A stretch of DNA of 64,000 nt from Candidatus Bathyarchaeota archaeon (GCA_963807605.1 CAWECG010000004.1:1-64000); one strand, 5' to 3'; counted from the first letter of the stretch, positions 39,352 through 50,236 are shown. Numbers and translations: made by a program. The notes: generated from the letters alone by a model not told the origin.

Positions 39352-40355
39352 CTCGTCCTCTTCAAGTTTCGGCCAGCCGTTCTCTCAATACTCTCTAAGC
39401 GTCTCAATTTCTTCTGTCCGCCTATGAGCCTAAGATACTGACTAAACGAGTCAACTGAATAGACATATTTCTCAAGATACTCTCTGACACCATCGTCGCT
39501 CTTGGAAAGGCTAAGCCATTCAGAGATATGTTCTTCATCAAAGAAGTATTGGAGGGGCATTTGACATGGGTGTGCGCCGTAGGGCGCCTCGACAACCGCA
39601 TCGACGTAGTAGAATGGAATTGTGGTCTTCCAGGGTTTACTACTGACGTCTCTGTGAGGAATTATCTCTTCTGTGGTGAGAATAAGTCTGCGAGAAGCGC
39701 GTGAAAGCTCGAAATCTTCAACCAACGCACCATCAATTTGAGCATTGCCGTACTTGTCGCAACGATGAACGTGAACAAGTCCGACATCAGGATTGCATGA
39801 GGGGATCAAGGTCAAAGGCTTGCCCGTGAACGGGCATCGAATAATCTTTGCTGAACTCTTCTCGAATGTATTCGTTCCAGACAATATTCTTGAAGGGACG
39901 AAGGGAATGCCCATCATGCCTGCCAAGAAACGCCACTGATATCCCGCATTGCTTATCTCAGAGACAACTCTGCATTTCCCAGCCTCAACTGCCCTTCTGG
40001 ATGCATTAGATAACCCTCTTAGCTCGTGTCCGAAAGAGTAGGCCACCTCGACCTTGTCTACACATCCTGCAGCCACCAATAGGTCGATGTCGTGTACCGC
40101 TGTCTTGCCTGCCATGGTTAAGTCATTCTTTTGCTGTCTGATCAATTCATAGACGATAGACATCGAGACTCTGATTTGCCCGAAGCCGCCGGACGCTATG
40201 AAATCTCCAGAATTAACAAATTTCGAGACTGCATCTTTCGCGCTCATTTGCTTGTCAATGAGTTCTCTCGACTTGTTCTCGAAGTTCCATCTTCGGTTTT
40301 CATCAGGATCCCTGAAACCAACCAGTTTTCCGTGACCTTCAGCAATAATATCCAA
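39348..40355 (-). CDS. gctA: Glutaconate CoA-transferase-like subunit A
   Basis: IASGGF, AGMMGIPFVP, PDVGLVHVHRCDKYGNA, VVEAPYGAHP; overlaps subunit B by 4 nt. Confidence 0.88.
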   Translation of the reverse strand: MDIIAEGHGKLVGFRDPDENRRWNFENKSRELIDKQMSAKDAVSKFVNSGDFIASGGFGQIRVSMSIVYELIRQQKNDLTMAGKTAVHDIDLLVAAGCVDKVEVAYSFGHELRGLSNASRRAVEAGKCRVVSEISNAGYQWRFLAGMMGIPFVPSRILSGTNTFEKSSAKIIRCPFTGKPLTLIPSCNPDVGLVHVHRCDKYGNAQIDGALVEDFELSRASRRLILTTEEIIPHRDVSSKPWKTTIPFYYVDAVVEAPYGAHPCQMPLQYFFDEEHISEWLSLSKSDDGVREYLEKYVYSVDSFSQYLRLIGGQKKLRRLESIERTAGRNLKRTR

Positions 40356-40748
40356 TCAATCGACACCCGAAGTTTGGTGGACTTCACACTCTCCGTGACT
40401 TAAACGTTGGTTTTCCTGGAGAAGGGAAATGCGCGCATTGGATCCTGACCGGTCCACCAAGCTCAAGCACGCGATAGTCGACAAGACGGATGTGCCAGAT
40501 TCAAGAACTTTGCTCTTCAGACTATGGTGCTGATTCAGCTCACCGCTACCATAATGCCTCCTCTAGTCTTATCGAACACCAGCGATGAGTCCATCGTAAC
40601 TGTATCTGACGTATCCTGTCGGTCATGTTAAGCTGAGCGCACGTTCAACGACGCTATCCAACCTAGGTACTCTATGTTTCTAGACAATATGCTATGGTTG
40701 CTTCTACGTGTGCGCTTAAGTTGCTGTTACAAGATAGCCGCGGGCACC

Positions 40749-41495
40749 ATGAAGCCCGTTCTTTTTTTATTAATACTGTCTATTGTGCTCACGCCGTCTT
40801 TCGCTCCATCAGGAGCGCTATCAAACTCTGCTTTGAGGTTTAACAAGACTGGAACGAGTTTAAACTGGTCAGGTTATGTGGTCGAAACAAGTCTTACTTC
40901 ACCACAGAAGGGAGCTGTAACAGATGTTAAGGGCACGTGGATACTTCCTTCAGTTCATCATTGGATCATGCCGAACGCTGCTTCCTCTGTTTGGATAGGG
41001 ATAGATGGTAATTCCTCTATTGAACAAATAGGAACTGATTCTGACTATTCTTCAGGAACGCCAACATATTATGCTTGGTATGAAATATATCCAAATAATG
41101 CTGTAATGGTAAACCTGAAGATTTCTCCTGGAGACAAGATATCCGCCGAAGTCAAATACCTGGGACAAGATAACTTCCGACTGATGATTAATGACACAAC
41201 GACTGGGAAGAGTTTTTCAACAACTCAAAAAGCGCCCGCAGCTCAAGAATCGTCTGCTGAATGGATAGTGGAGGCGCCATCTTATGCATATTTCATTCTG
41301 CCATTAGCAAATTTTGGAACTGTTACTTTCACAAACGCTCAGGCAACTCTGAACGGACATACCGGTACGATAAGCGATGCTGCATGGAAATATGAGGCAA
41401 TAAATATGACTACGTCCTCCGGGACCATCAGAGCCCAACCATTGACTCTCGCAAGTAGCGGAACAAGCTTCTCAGTGATATGGCATCGGTTATAG
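40749..41495 (+). CDS. G1-family glutamic endopeptidase (eqolisin), secreted
   Basis: Signal MKPVLFLLIL, SLNWSGY, WIGIDG, IEQIGT, YYAWYE, SSAEWIVEAP, LANFGTVTF. Confidence 0.88.
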   Translation: MKPVLFLLILSIVLTPSFAPSGALSNSALRFNKTGTSLNWSGYVVETSLTSPQKGAVTDVKGTWILPSVHHWIMPNAASSVWIGIDGNSSIEQIGTDSDYSSGTPTYYAWYEIYPNNAVMVNLKISPGDKISAEVKYLGQDNFRLMINDTTTGKSFSTTQKAPAAQESSAEWIVEAPSYAYFILPLANFGTVTFTNAQATLNGHTGTISDAAWKYEAINMTTSSGTIRAQPLTLASSGTSFSVIWHRL

Positions 41496-41601
41496 AGCAG
41501 CACCTTTTCTTGAAACGTTACATAGCCTCTCTCGTTTCCCAATTCAACATGCGCGCGTTCAAAGATGATTTAATCGGTCATAATATGTGTTACGCGCGCG
41601 C

Positions 41602-42727
41602 TAGCCTCTTGCAATATTCTTGGGCTTAACATGAAGATGTATACGTGTTTTTGATCATAAGATCGATGAGCTTTACACCCACTCATGCCGTTTCTGGTGA
41701 AAAAGAAGTGAGCGAGTGTAAGGCTCTGTATGATCTGTTTCAGGCTTTGGATTTAACGTTTGTAGAACAAGTCTTAGAAAGAAGCTATGGAAGAAGAAGC
41801 AGCGTCGGCAGACCCCATAGAAATTTACTTGGAATGTTCAAAGCAGAGCTTGTCAAACGGCTAAGACACATAGAAAGCTACGAGGAACTATACCGACTTC
41901 TATGGAGCGACGGTGAACTCTGCAAACTCTGCGACATCAAGGAATCAGAGAATCCATATCACCCATCAATACTTCTGAGGTTTCGACGTAGAATAGGCCC
42001 TCAAGGATTTCACCGCCTCATGAACCGTCTGATCAAACAGCTTGACCACATGGACATTCTGGACTCTGAAATCCTAGCGTTAGACGTCACATTCATCAAA
42101 GCTTACAGTCGAAGAGATCCTCACAATACCCAGTGTGGATTATCCGATTCTGAAGCCAGATTACGAAAACAAGGTAGAAACGTGATCTTAGGCTACGGCA
42201 TACACCTTGCTGTAGACACCATCAGCGAGATGCCGCGGGCAGTCACCATAGAACCTGCAAATGTAAATGAGAAAAAAGTTGCACCCCACCTCCTCCATAA
42301 AGCATTGAAGAAGAAACATAGGTGGAAGAGCATGACTGCAGACTCACAATACTCCAGCGAAGCTTTCAGAGACAAGGCAAGATCTATGGGCATAGAACCA
42401 ATCATACCTTACCCTAGAAACCAGATGAAGGGCAAACAGGTTCTACGAATCGACCGGAAGTTCCGCTCACACGGACCTGCCCGTCTGAAACAACTGTATA
42501 AACGTCGATCCTCAGTGGAGAGAACATTCTCAAGACTCAAGACACACTTCGGATTGTCTCAGCTTCGAACACGCGGCCTAAGAAACGTCATATCACATGT
42601 ACTTCTCTGTCTGCTGGCTCTACTGGCAACTGCCTTATCCGCGATCAAGCACGGACACATCGATAAAATGCGGTCACCAATCCAGTTCACAAAATTAACA
42701 CAGAAAATATAATATTGCAAGAAGCTC
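41602..42727 (+). mobile_element. IS element (DDE, IS4/IS5-superfamily-like) with ~16-bp TIRs, inserted in a (CG)n tract
   Basis: AGCCTCTTGCAATATT (41603-41618) vs AATATTGCAAGAAGCT (42711-42726); GCGC on both flanks as probable target duplication. Confidence 0.85.
41645..42712 (+). CDS. DDE transposase
   Basis: ALDVTFI, GYGIHLAVD, ADSQY, YKRRSSVERTFSRLK. Confidence 0.93.
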   Translation: MFLIIRSMSFTPTHAVSGEKEVSECKALYDLFQALDLTFVEQVLERSYGRRSSVGRPHRNLLGMFKAELVKRLRHIESYEELYRLLWSDGELCKLCDIKESENPYHPSILLRFRRRIGPQGFHRLMNRLIKQLDHMDILDSEILALDVTFIKAYSRRDPHNTQCGLSDSEARLRKQGRNVILGYGIHLAVDTISEMPRAVTIEPANVNEKKVAPHLLHKALKKKHRWKSMTADSQYSSEAFRDKARSMGIEPIIPYPRNQMKGKQVLRIDRKFRSHGPARLKQLYKRRSSVERTFSRLKTHFGLSQLRTRGLRNVISHVLLCLLALLATALSAIKHGHIDKMRSPIQFTKLTQKI

Positions 42728-42916
42728 GCGCGTTATGTCTTGGCGGAGCTTCGCCTCAGACAGGGGTCTGCCATAGTGCTGGTGATATTTGGCCAAGATA
42801 GTCTATCGATCGACCCCTTCACCGTCCGACAGGAGCGGCTTAAGGATGTACTCAAGGCGCGCTGGAATATATGCGCTAGGGGACGCTGAATGATAACTGA
42901 AGAATTCTGAAATAGG

Positions 42917-43300
42917 TCAAGCTACAATGAGCTTTACGTATTCTATCCTATCGTTTTTTTGGAATATACCTTTTAACTCTCTTATTCTGCCTGCCTCACC
43001 ATCGAGTACGAATAGTTCCAGACATTTCCCTTCCTTGAACCGGTTATGTAGTTGAGTATAAATTATGTCTAAGAAATCATGCTTCACATTTGTGACTAGG
43101 TCTTCGGCATCATGTTCGTGAATTAACAGAAGCACTCCGCGCACCCTATCTGTTGGCTCCTCCTTCTCCTTGTTTTCAGCTAGCAGGATTCTTAGTCCTG
43201 CTCTGATGACTTCTGATCTGCCTGAGAATCCCATTTCTCTACGAACTCTGTCGACTTCCTTAAGCATTGCATCGTTCAGAGATATGGTCACTATAGCCAT
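42917..43300 (-). CDS. NikR-like ribbon-helix-helix metalloregulator
   Basis: MAIVTISL...GFSGRSEVIRAG, H.H, QLHNR...CLELF; start at ATG 43300. Confidence 0.85.
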   Translation of the reverse strand: MAIVTISLNDAMLKEVDRVRREMGFSGRSEVIRAGLRILLAENKEKEEPTDRVRGVLLLIHEHDAEDLVTNVKHDFLDIIYTQLHNRFKEGKCLELFVLDGEAGRIRELKGIFQKNDRIEYVKLIVA

Positions 43301-43474
43301 GATTTCACAACACGTATGGACATTAATAACATACATATAAGTAAGGTGCAGTTTAATATTAAGATTGTAGCTCAAAGTTAATATGAATCCTGGCGCATAT
43401 CCTTCTCAGTGAATTGAGTTGGCATATCTTCGTCTGCCAAGGTCAGTCAAGCTCTCACTTGCGAGGAAAAGATC

Positions 43475-44383
43475 TTGAGGCGCCTCGCGAAATCGCTTGT
43501 TGTAACCGGAACAGCCATTGTTGTGATTCTTGCTCTAATATCAAATGTCAGCATTAGAACCCCCGCTGAAAATGGGGTAACGATAACAGCGACATTCTTC
43601 CCGATTTACGACTGGGCACGAAATGTTGCTGGCGACAAAGCTACTGTAAGAAACCTGACGCCGTCAGGAATGGATCCACATGACCTAGATCCAAAACCTG
43701 AAGATCTAGCAGTCATAATTGCATCTACCGTCTTTGTTCACAGCGGAAGCGCGGGCATGGAACCATGGCTTTCCAAAGTACTCCCGATGATAAATCAAAC
43801 CAAAACAACCGTTGTCGATGTTAGCCTTGGAGTGGATCTCCTTTACGGCCAGGGTGGAGTTGCTGACCCACACTTTTGGTTAGATCCAAGTGGAGCCGTG
43901 ACCGGAGTACAGAACATCGAGCTCGGGCTAGAGAAGGCGGATCCGACAAATGCAGTGTACTACAGGCAGAATGCTCAAACCTACATAACGCGTTTAGAGG
44001 CTTTGCATGAAGCCTTTGTCGCGAATATAACGACTGCGAGAATACGCACCATCTTAACATTTCATGAGTCATTCGACTACTGGAAGAGAGCTTACAACTT
44101 GACCGAGGCCACAATATACGGATACGAGCCTGAAGGTGAGCCAAGTGCAGCACACATGCAGGAGCTTGTTAGACTGGCCGGCACGTACAAGATCACGACA
44201 GTCCTGGCGAGCAACTTGGATGATCCACGGTGGTGTCAAGTATTAGCAGATCAGATTGGTGGTAAGGTCCTCATTCTGGATCCATTGGAAGGCCCAACCG
44301 CAGAACAGGCGAAAATGGGAAATTACACATACATAGACCGTCTGTATTACGACTTAGGAGTGCTGAGAACAGCTCTGGCCTAG
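43475..44383 (+). CDS. Zn/Mn ABC transporter substrate-binding protein
   Basis: DPHDLDP, DPHFWLDP, FHESF, EGEPS. Confidence 0.9.
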   Translation: MRRLAKSLVVTGTAIVVILALISNVSIRTPAENGVTITATFFPIYDWARNVAGDKATVRNLTPSGMDPHDLDPKPEDLAVIIASTVFVHSGSAGMEPWLSKVLPMINQTKTTVVDVSLGVDLLYGQGGVADPHFWLDPSGAVTGVQNIELGLEKADPTNAVYYRQNAQTYITRLEALHEAFVANITTARIRTILTFHESFDYWKRAYNLTEATIYGYEPEGEPSAAHMQELVRLAGTYKITTVLASNLDDPRWCQVLADQIGGKVLILDPLEGPTAEQAKMGNYTYIDRLYYDLGVLRTALA

Positions 44384-44403
44384 CAAGGCTAGAGATTCAA
44401 GCC

Positions 44404-45153
44404 GTGACTCGAATGGAACCGATTGTCGAAACAAGAAATCTATCTGTCAACTTGGGCGGTGCAACCGTTCTCGATAATATCTCCTTGGAAGTTGTCAAAG
44501 GCGACTTCATTGCTTTGATGGGACCGAATGGGGCGGGAAAGACCACTCTGATTAGAACGATTCTTGGGCTCATACCCTCTTTCAGTGGGAGAGTCCTGCT
44601 ATTTGGAAAGGACATCAAGCAATTCAAGGAGCACTATAAAATAGGGTATGTCGCACAAGGAGTCTATTTTGAGAAAAGCTTTCCAATCAACGTATCCGAG
44701 ATTGTATCTCTCGGCTTGGTCGCGAGGGTTGGGCTATTGCATCGACTTGGCGAGAGGGAGAGACTAAGTGTCGAGAGAATAACTAAGAAGATGGGCCTAG
44801 ACGGCCTTGAAACAAAACGCGCAACCGAACTTTCTGGGGGGCAACAACAGCGCGTCCTTATCGCCAGGGCTTTGGTTGGCCAACCCGACCTTCTCATCCT
44901 TGATGAGCCAACGGCGAGCACCGACGTAGCGTTCAGGGAGAGATTCTGGGAAACGATTGGAAAACTGAATACAGAGGAGAGTATAACGATAATCATTGTG
45001 ACCCATCAGTCTGACATAACCCCGCCGCTAAACGCAAAAATTGCGATATTGAATAAGAAGCTGATTCATTTCTGTGGGTGGGAGGAATGTAAGAATTCAA
45101 CTGTGTGTTCTGCACTAGCCGGTATCCATGCCGAAGGTCACTCGAGAGGTTAG
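44404..45153 (+). CDS. Zn/Mn ABC transporter ATPase
   Basis: GPNGAGKTT, LSGGQQQR, LDEP. Confidence 0.93.
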   Translation: MTRMEPIVETRNLSVNLGGATVLDNISLEVVKGDFIALMGPNGAGKTTLIRTILGLIPSFSGRVLLFGKDIKQFKEHYKIGYVAQGVYFEKSFPINVSEIVSLGLVARVGLLHRLGERERLSVERITKKMGLDGLETKRATELSGGQQQRVLIARALVGQPDLLILDEPTASTDVAFRERFWETIGKLNTEESITIIIVTHQSDITPPLNAKIAILNKKLIHFCGWEECKNSTVCSALAGIHAEGHSRG

Positions 45154-45156
45154 GAA

Positions 45157-45996
45157 TTGGAACTCGGACTACTAGGGTCCATATTTGTTCAAAGAGCCCT
45201 GATTGCCGGTGTTATGTCCGCAATCATCGCCGGAACAATTGGAGCATTCCTAGTCCAACGCAGGCTATCCCTTTTAGCAGACAGTCTATCTCACACGTCA
45301 TTCGGAGGAATAGCACTTGGCCTTTACTTGGGAGTCAACCCCCTAATCTCAGCTCTTGCCGTGTCACTTCTTGGAGCGGCTACACTTAGCGAACTGCGAC
45401 GTCGAACTACCATGTCAGGAGACGCTATGACGGCTGTAATCTTCTCCTCAGGCCTCGCGTTGGGCGTAATAATTGTGAGTTTAGGCAAGGGATTTACCGT
45501 GAATGTCTTCGGTTTTCTCTTTGGCAGCATTCTTCTTATCGGTTGGGAAGACCTGATGATAACGACCGTAATACTGCTTACCGTCCTAGTGGTAATCATC
45601 CTCTACTACAAGGAACTGGTGTACATGATCTTTGACGAGGACAGTGCTCGAGCCAGCGGTGTGCCGGTAGCAGCCCTCGATTACCTGTTGATTGGATTGG
45701 CCTCAGCAGCTGTTGTGGGTTCGATTAGAGCTGTGGGGGTGCTGCTTATTTCAGCTCTTATCGTCATGCCAAACTTGGCAGCCGCTGCAATAGCCCACAG
45801 CTTTAAAGAGTCGATCTTCATTGCTCAAGCATTTGCCATAATCTCCGTCTTGGCAGGGATACTGGTATCATTCTATCTGGATTTAGCAGGCGGAGCTACC
45901 ATAGCTTTGGCAGCGATCCTAATCTTTGCGGGAACGGTCACAATCAAACAAGGCTGGACTCGATTCTATTCGTTCAAGCCGAAGAACGAAACATGA
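45157..45996 (+). CDS. Zn/Mn ABC transporter permease
   Basis: DSLSHTSFGG, FLFGSIL, FDEDSARASGV. Confidence 0.93.
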   Translation: MELGLLGSIFVQRALIAGVMSAIIAGTIGAFLVQRRLSLLADSLSHTSFGGIALGLYLGVNPLISALAVSLLGAATLSELRRRTTMSGDAMTAVIFSSGLALGVIIVSLGKGFTVNVFGFLFGSILLIGWEDLMITTVILLTVLVVIILYYKELVYMIFDEDSARASGVPVAALDYLLIGLASAAVVGSIRAVGVLLISALIVMPNLAAAAIAHSFKESIFIAQAFAIISVLAGILVSFYLDLAGGATIALAAILIFAGTVTIKQGWTRFYSFKPKNET

Positions 45997-46307
45997 AGCA
46001 GAAGCGACACGCGCGTAATTTCAAACGCAAAACACTGCGAGCCCCTAGGCCCGCCACTATAGAAGCACGCATTGGCCCTGTTAGCGAGCGCTTGATGCTA
46101 CAACTGCTTTAAATAGAATTCCAACTTGGACAAGGTCTGGTCCCTCCGTCAGAAATGCACCAATTATCACGTGTTCAGGTCGTGGGCTCCAGCTCGCGTG
46201 GTGACAAGCTGCTATGGGAGCTTAGCAACGACGGGACTGAGAGAAGCCCTTGCATCTTATCGGGTTGATCCCCGACATAACTTTGGCAACAAACATATTA
46301 GTTCTCA

Positions 46308-46769
46308 GTGACGGAATGTTCGGAGTGGAAGAAGATGATAGATGGTATGATTCTGGAGCATGTCGGCATAGTGGTTAAGGATCGTGACGCATCTGTTGAC
46401 TTCTACACTAAGGTAATGGGTTTCACGATCCTTCGAAAGTATGAGACAGATGAAATGCGTGTAGCGTATCTCTATTTGGGTGACGAGCTCCTAGAACTCA
46501 ATGAGTATCACGCGAAGGACAAACCTCTGGGGTTGTCGCATCTGGGTCTTAGGGTAGACGACATGGACAAAGCTATGGCTGAGCTCAAACAGCATGGCGC
46601 AGAGTACATCAGTGGCCCAATAAAATTCCAGCCGAAGATATATGCCACCGCAAATGTGACTAGTGAGAAGCTGCTGAGAGCACTTAGACCCCCAGACGAA
46701 AAGCCTTACTGGAGAATATCGATGTTTCGTGATCCGAATGGGGTGATCCTTGAGTTGTTGGAGCGCTAG
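46308..46769 (+). CDS. VOC/glyoxalase family protein
   Basis: EHVGIVV, LELNE, SHLGLRVDD, FRDPNGVILEL. Confidence 0.9.
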   Translation: MTECSEWKKMIDGMILEHVGIVVKDRDASVDFYTKVMGFTILRKYETDEMRVAYLYLGDELLELNEYHAKDKPLGLSHLGLRVDDMDKAMAELKQHGAEYISGPIKFQPKIYATANVTSEKLLRALRPPDEKPYWRISMFRDPNGVILELLER

Positions 46770-47063
46770 GAAAGAGCCTCCCCTATGCACTATCGTTTCT
46801 TATTGATGAAGCGAACCTGCAGTATCGGATCGTGGCCGCTGTCCTTATAAAGAGGAATCCTGCATATACGCAGCAAAGGTCATTCGGTGGCGTTTTCGCT
46901 AACAAGAATGAACCATTGAAGACTAAACGAGCTCTCACGCAGCATTTCCCGCAGAAACGTCATAGTGCAAAACTGAATTATTCGATCGGTTTGGTTGGTC
47001 GCATTTTCGGGCTAGCACAAGAGACTTGCGGCTTTTGTTGCCGAGCCAAAGTGAAAAGTACAG

Positions 47064-48170
47064 ATGAGTAGTTTCGAAGACATGGGCTTGAGCCCAGAGA
47101 TCGTAGATGCACTTGACGATCTAGGATTCAAGAAGCCGTTTCCAATCCAAGAGAAAGTAATTCCGATTCTTTGGAGTGGAAGCGATGTAATTGGGCAAGC
47201 GCGTACAGGTACCGGTAAGACCGCGGCTTATGGTCTGCCTCTCTTAGAGATTATCGATGAGACCCAGCATGCTGTCCAAGCGTTGATAGTCGTCCCAACA
47301 CGTGAACTTGCAGTTCAAGTAACACAGGACATAAACTCCTATGCGAAGAAGACCAACAAACGTGCTCTGGCATTGTATGGAGGCGTATCCATCTACGCTC
47401 AGCTAGACGGGCTGAGGGATAATCCGCAGATCATCGTCGGAACGCCTGGCAGACTCCTAGATCATCTAGAGCGCGGTTCGCTTAAGTTAGATCACCTCTC
47501 ATGCGTGGTTTTGGACGAAGCCGATAGAATGCTTGATATGGGCTTTATCGAGGATGTCGAACTGATCCTGCACGCCATTAAGGGAAGACATCAAACCGCC
47601 CTCTTTTCAGCAACCATCCCAGAGAGCGTGCTTAAACTCGCTCGGAGGTATATGAAGAATCCTCGCGAGATTCTGACCGAGTCCGAGGATCTCAACGTCA
47701 AGGAAATCGACCAGTACTTCCTCGCCACAGACTCGAAGAAGAAGATGGAATCGCTTCTGAAACTCCTACGCTCCAAGAATATAGGTCGAGCAATAATCTT
47801 CTGTCGCACCAAGCAAGATACTTTCTGGTTAGACCGAGTGTTACATTCTAGGGGTCTGCCATCAGTAGCCATAAATGGCGACCTCTCCCAAGATCAACGT
47901 GACTGGGCCATGGACGCCTTCGAGAATGGACGACGACCCATACTGGTAGCGACGGACTTAGCGGGTAGAGGTCTGGATATCGAAGGGATAACTCACATCA
48001 TAAACTTTGATGTACCAGATGACCCTTACACTTACTTCCACAGAATTGGTAGGACTGGAAGAGCGGGGAAGAAAGGAATCGCGATAACCTTAGTCCCTCC
48101 TGAACAACGCTCCAGTTTTGAGAGTATACGAAAATTGGGTGGCGACGCAATCAAGCCGCTCAGTTGGTAA
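47064..48170 (+). CDS. DEAD-box RNA helicase
   Basis: ARTGTGKT, PTRELA, TPGR, DEAD, SAT, HRIGRTGR. Confidence 0.96.
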   Translation: MSSFEDMGLSPEIVDALDDLGFKKPFPIQEKVIPILWSGSDVIGQARTGTGKTAAYGLPLLEIIDETQHAVQALIVVPTRELAVQVTQDINSYAKKTNKRALALYGGVSIYAQLDGLRDNPQIIVGTPGRLLDHLERGSLKLDHLSCVVLDEADRMLDMGFIEDVELILHAIKGRHQTALFSATIPESVLKLARRYMKNPREILTESEDLNVKEIDQYFLATDSKKKMESLLKLLRSKNIGRAIIFCRTKQDTFWLDRVLHSRGLPSVAINGDLSQDQRDWAMDAFENGRRPILVATDLAGRGLDIEGITHIINFDVPDDPYTYFHRIGRTGRAGKKGIAITLVPPEQRSSFESIRKLGGDAIKPLSW

Positions 48171-48177
48171 GACGAGA

Positions 48178-48456
48178 TTGAGAATAAGTGACATCAATGT
48201 TGGAATGAGAAAAGTAAACCTCCAAGGGAAGATTATGGATATGAATGGTTTCATGATAGTTCTGGATGATGGGTCTGGCCGAACCTTTGTAAGATACCGA
48301 GCAAAGGACGTTGATGGAGAAATACAGACTGGTGATCGGATTCAAGTCCAGAACTGTCGGGTTGTCAATTACTCTGGAATTCTGCAAGTCCGACTGGAAC
48401 GCGACGGACGGATAGTTAACCTGTCAAAATCTCCAGCCAAGTTACGCATTTCCTGA
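48178..48456 (+). CDS. Single OB-fold nucleic-acid-binding protein
   Basis: RISDINVGMRKVNLQGKI, LDDGSG, GDRIQVQN..V..YSG.LQ. Confidence 0.75.
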   Translation: MRISDINVGMRKVNLQGKIMDMNGFMIVLDDGSGRTFVRYRAKDVDGEIQTGDRIQVQNCRVVNYSGILQVRLERDGRIVNLSKSPAKLRIS

Positions 48457-48538
48457 GATCTTTCTTACCGCCGTGTTCAAACCATCCTTCTATCTTCGAG
48501 ACCTAAAGGTCTCATATCTGTTCGTCCTAGTCGGTTAC

Positions 48539-48940
48539 TCAAGATTTGACGGTTGGCATTCTTTGGGCATCCAGTTTTCGAATGAGTTTGATGACTTGGA
48601 ATGAAATGCGCGGCGTGATTTGGAACTTATCTTGATGTGGACAATAAGCATCCAAAACCACCTTCGCTTCGTCTAAATCGAAAACGAATGGGTACAGTCG
48701 ACAACCTTCAGGCCGATCCTTGTAAATAGTGCATCGACGACCATCATGAAAAACACATCTGCCCATCGAATTCTTTAGCAGCCACACCCCGCTCCTCTTG
48801 GTGATGAAGAAATCCCTGAAACCCAGTCCTCCTATTCGCAAGATGTCTGAATCACAGAGCGGCATCTCGGTGTTCAAGCAGCATCTGATGCACTCGTAAT
48901 CTGTACAACAGTTCGCCACCTTGTTTATCACCGGACTCAT
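48539..48940 (-). CDS. YkgJ-family cysteine-cluster protein
   Basis: CIRCC, RCVFH...CTIY.DRPEGCRLYP. Confidence 0.88.
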   Translation of the reverse strand: MSPVINKVANCCTDYECIRCCLNTEMPLCDSDILRIGGLGFRDFFITKRSGVWLLKNSMGRCVFHDGRRCTIYKDRPEGCRLYPFVFDLDEAKVVLDAYCPHQDKFQITPRISFQVIKLIRKLDAQRMPTVKS

Positions 48941-49138
48941 CCTAGCCGTTTTGATAGGATTGCGCTAATTTCGTCTTGGAGCTCTGCTGGGCATCTCTTC
49001 GTTAACGTGGTACTCTTTAATCTATGTTCTCAGTATGACGCTTGACTTGGGCATGCTCTAGTGGGCGCATTTACTTGCCGAGTTAGTAGACGTGAAATCC
49101 AAGAGAAGGAGACTCTCAAGAAGAATTAGGCTAGCTCT

Positions 49139-50113
49139 TCATAGCTTCGCGGACGAATCACCAGAATTAAGGCTGACGTTAAGCTTTTGAAGAAAAGGTA
49201 TCACGTCCCATCTTGCATCCTTTCCAGTCACATCGATCCAGACTTTTCTTTCAAGGATTTTTTCCAGTTCGATCTCAGCATAGAGTATCTCATCCCTATT
49301 GTAAGACGGTCCTGCAAGGTAGTTTCCCGTAGGATCTATGATTCCGCTTCCACCGTAGAAATCCCAGTTCGCGTCGGTGTCATCAGAAGAGTCCGGTTTA
49401 CCGCTCAGGTACTGAGAGGAGGCAAGAACATAACATTGACATTCGATAGCATACTGCCGAATCGAAGTGTCCATCATATATCTCGGAAGCAGACTCCAAC
49501 CAGGATAACATGCAACATGGATCTCCTCGCGTTGGATCATCATGACTGATTTTAGCACAGGATTCAGATGTTCGGCGCATATCAAGCCGCCAACCCTTCC
49601 GAAAGGTGTGCTAAAGACACACTGCAAGTCCTCTGGTGAACCGCTTGTCCAGAAGACCTTCTCGCGATAAACTGGTGTAAGTTTCCGGTGCTTGCCTATC
49701 AGCTTCCCCTCAGAGCTGATGAATACCAGTGAATTATAAATCGAATTCACATTGCTGTGATCTCTCTCGTTAACCCCCAAACAGACCATCGATTCCACAG
49801 ACTTGGCAACTTGACAGAGTTGGGTGATTTCAGGTCCGGGAACAACTATGGATTCTCTAACAAATTCCAGCCATTTCCTGTTCCACGCAACGGGTGGTCT
49901 GGCCTCAATTGCCCAGTTCGGATATCCAGGAACAAATGTCTCCGGAAAGACTATTACCTTGGCGCCTCTTGCGCTGGCATCCTCGATGAGTTGACAAACC
50001 TTCTCCAGAGACGCCTTTTTGTTTTGAGGATAGTGAGGGGCTGTTTGGACCACAGCCACTTTGTATTTCTTCTTTTCCATGAGAATGAAACCTTTGATTC
50101 TGTAAGCTTTCAT
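49139..50113 (-). CDS. Nitrilase / carbon-nitrogen hydrolase
   Basis: FPETFVPGYP, HRKLTP, LICAEH (E-K-C triad). Confidence 0.92.
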   Translation of the reverse strand: MKAYRIKGFILMEKKKYKVAVVQTAPHYPQNKKASLEKVCQLIEDASARGAKVIVFPETFVPGYPNWAIEARPPVAWNRKWLEFVRESIVVPGPEITQLCQVAKSVESMVCLGVNERDHSNVNSIYNSLVFISSEGKLIGKHRKLTPVYREKVFWTSGSPEDLQCVFSTPFGRVGGLICAEHLNPVLKSVMMIQREEIHVACYPGWSLLPRYMMDTSIRQYAIECQCYVLASSQYLSGKPDSSDDTDANWDFYGGSGIIDPTGNYLAGPSYNRDEILYAEIELEKILERKVWIDVTGKDARWDVIPFLQKLNVSLNSGDSSAKL

Positions 50114-50236
50114 GCGACTTATCTTTTTCTCTCGCGAGGAAAGTTACTGGTCGCTGGCTGCCGTGTTCCAGTGAATGCGTCGGGAAAATCCTCGAAGGGT
50201 TTGGAATATGCCGGAGTGTAATTCGAGGAATAATGC

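Noticed and set aside
46225-46280. TPP-riboswitch-like CTGAGA...CCCTT stretch
   Set aside because: It lacks the conserved ACCTGAT and GCGNAGG elements, and the downstream gene is not thiamine-related.
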